DNA of 64,000 nt, taken from Tubulanus polymorphus (lineage: Eukaryota > Animalia > Nemertea). The position numbers and the translations under genes are program-made. Below, piece after piece: positions 62,784 through 64,000 of this stretch. A model generated the notes under the pieces. That model was given only the letters and a program-made list of their open reading frames with translations, did not search any database and was not told where the DNA came from. The DNA lies in the NCBI RefSeq assembly GCF_964204645.1, contig NC_134026.1, positions 7,463,950-7,527,949 on the forward strand, in the 5' to 3' direction. Every line of letters starts with the position of its first letter. Position 1 is the stretch's first letter.

Positions 62784-62855
62784 AGGTTCTACCGAGATTC
62801 GAACTCGGGCTACTGGATTCAAAGTCCAATGTGCTAACCACTACACCATAGAACC
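62784..62855 (-). tRNA. tRNA-Gln (TTG)
   Basis: Identical 72-nt sequence, TTTTT terminator 3 nt downstream; a degenerate 5'-half remnant at ~62698-62726. Confidence 0.96.
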
Positions 62856-64000
62856 AATTATATCAGTCGTTGTCTATATTTTGATAAAGTTGCTAAACCA
62901 TGTCAACTGGTTTTAAGGGGTTTAAGTAATTCACATTTTAATTACACATGCTGTTTGAACAGTGCTGTGTGTAATGCTGGCAAACATGTTTAGATTAATT
63001 GAATATTTGCTGTAAATGCAATAGAACAAAACTGAATCTCAAATCGAACCACATTCAGAGGGCGTGTACCTTAGGTACCCTTGAGATAGATAGTCTATAG
63101 AAGAGGGCGTCTGTAGAAGAAGCCCATTGGGTTTAGTGGTCCTCGAGGAACGTTTACGGTGTCTCATGACAAAGATAGTCTGGTTAAATGCCGATAGTAG
63201 AAAATATCGCTGTTCTGTGCGGGTTCACTTGTCTCTGATACTACGGACTCATGAGCCCACTACAGTTAATCCATGGTCCAGGATAAGCCTTGTTTTACTT
63301 AAACACAGTAACAGTCACAGTCTCAATCTCTTGCTTCCGGCGAACGACATTAGTGACGTCACCGCGCGTTAAAAATGAAGATGGACAACTTCCGGTTGTT
63401 TCACTCTCAAAGGAAGCTTCGATTTATTATTTTCAGAAGATTTGATTGCGTAGTGGCACAAACAGGCAGAGTGCCGGGTGCCACTCAGAAATGTTCACAT
63501 GGGTTAGTAAGCCCCGCTGCTTTAAAATCTCTATGATTTACACCACCTAAACTTGGTCCAGTTTAATACCGAGTGCGCTTTTATAAACTGGTATTAACTT
63601 AATTGAATTCAAACTCACCAGATTGAAGATACCAGTCTATAAAACTGGCCCTTGGTACGTTAAGGCGTTTTAAGCAGCTAACTAGGCAAACAAATAGATT
63701 CCGTGCAGGTATGATTCGTGTGTACTGCTGTACAGGACCTACAAGCTGCTGGACTATTACATTAACTAATTCAATTCTTTCCCCCACAATAGAAAACATA
63801 AATTGGTTCAGATATACTCGTGTTACCGCCGCTGCTGCTGCAACTATCAATTTAGATCTGAATAGTGAGTAAAAATTACTGGCCATAGCAGCTCGAAATG
63901 TAGCTGCCAGATTTGCATTAGATTAGAAATATGAAATAATTCACTCAATGTCACTGTTACCTTATTTGGACGTAACGTAGGACTTATTTTGTTTAGCGGC

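Overview
AT-rich animal genomic DNA, probably from an invertebrate (taxon not determinable from sequence alone). Bases 8-4626 hold the last 10 coding exons of dynactin subunit 1 (p150Glued) on the + strand. About 9.3-54.3 kb is a same-strand (-) tandem array of intronless ~315-aa rhodopsin-class GPCRs of the FMRFamide/peptide-receptor-like (Srw-like) type: 12 essentially intact copies, 4 disrupted full-length copies and 4 3' fragments, in six subfamilies (here A-F). The array is built from a ~16-kb unit (C-D-B-A-E-F) present twice nearly intact, plus two eroded partial units. To the right are an MS4A/CD20-like four-TM gene with an uninterrupted CDS and tRNA-Gln(TTG) genes; a tRNA-Gln plus MS4A 5' remnant is also embedded in each 16-kb unit. 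Other elements: a 237-bp TSD-flanked insertion carrying a minimal hammerhead ribozyme core, three degenerate hammerhead-like repeats in the last dynactin intron, two solo-LTR-like insertions, many MITEs, and large (GTTCT)n and (TA)n expansions. All calls were made by eye without database searches.
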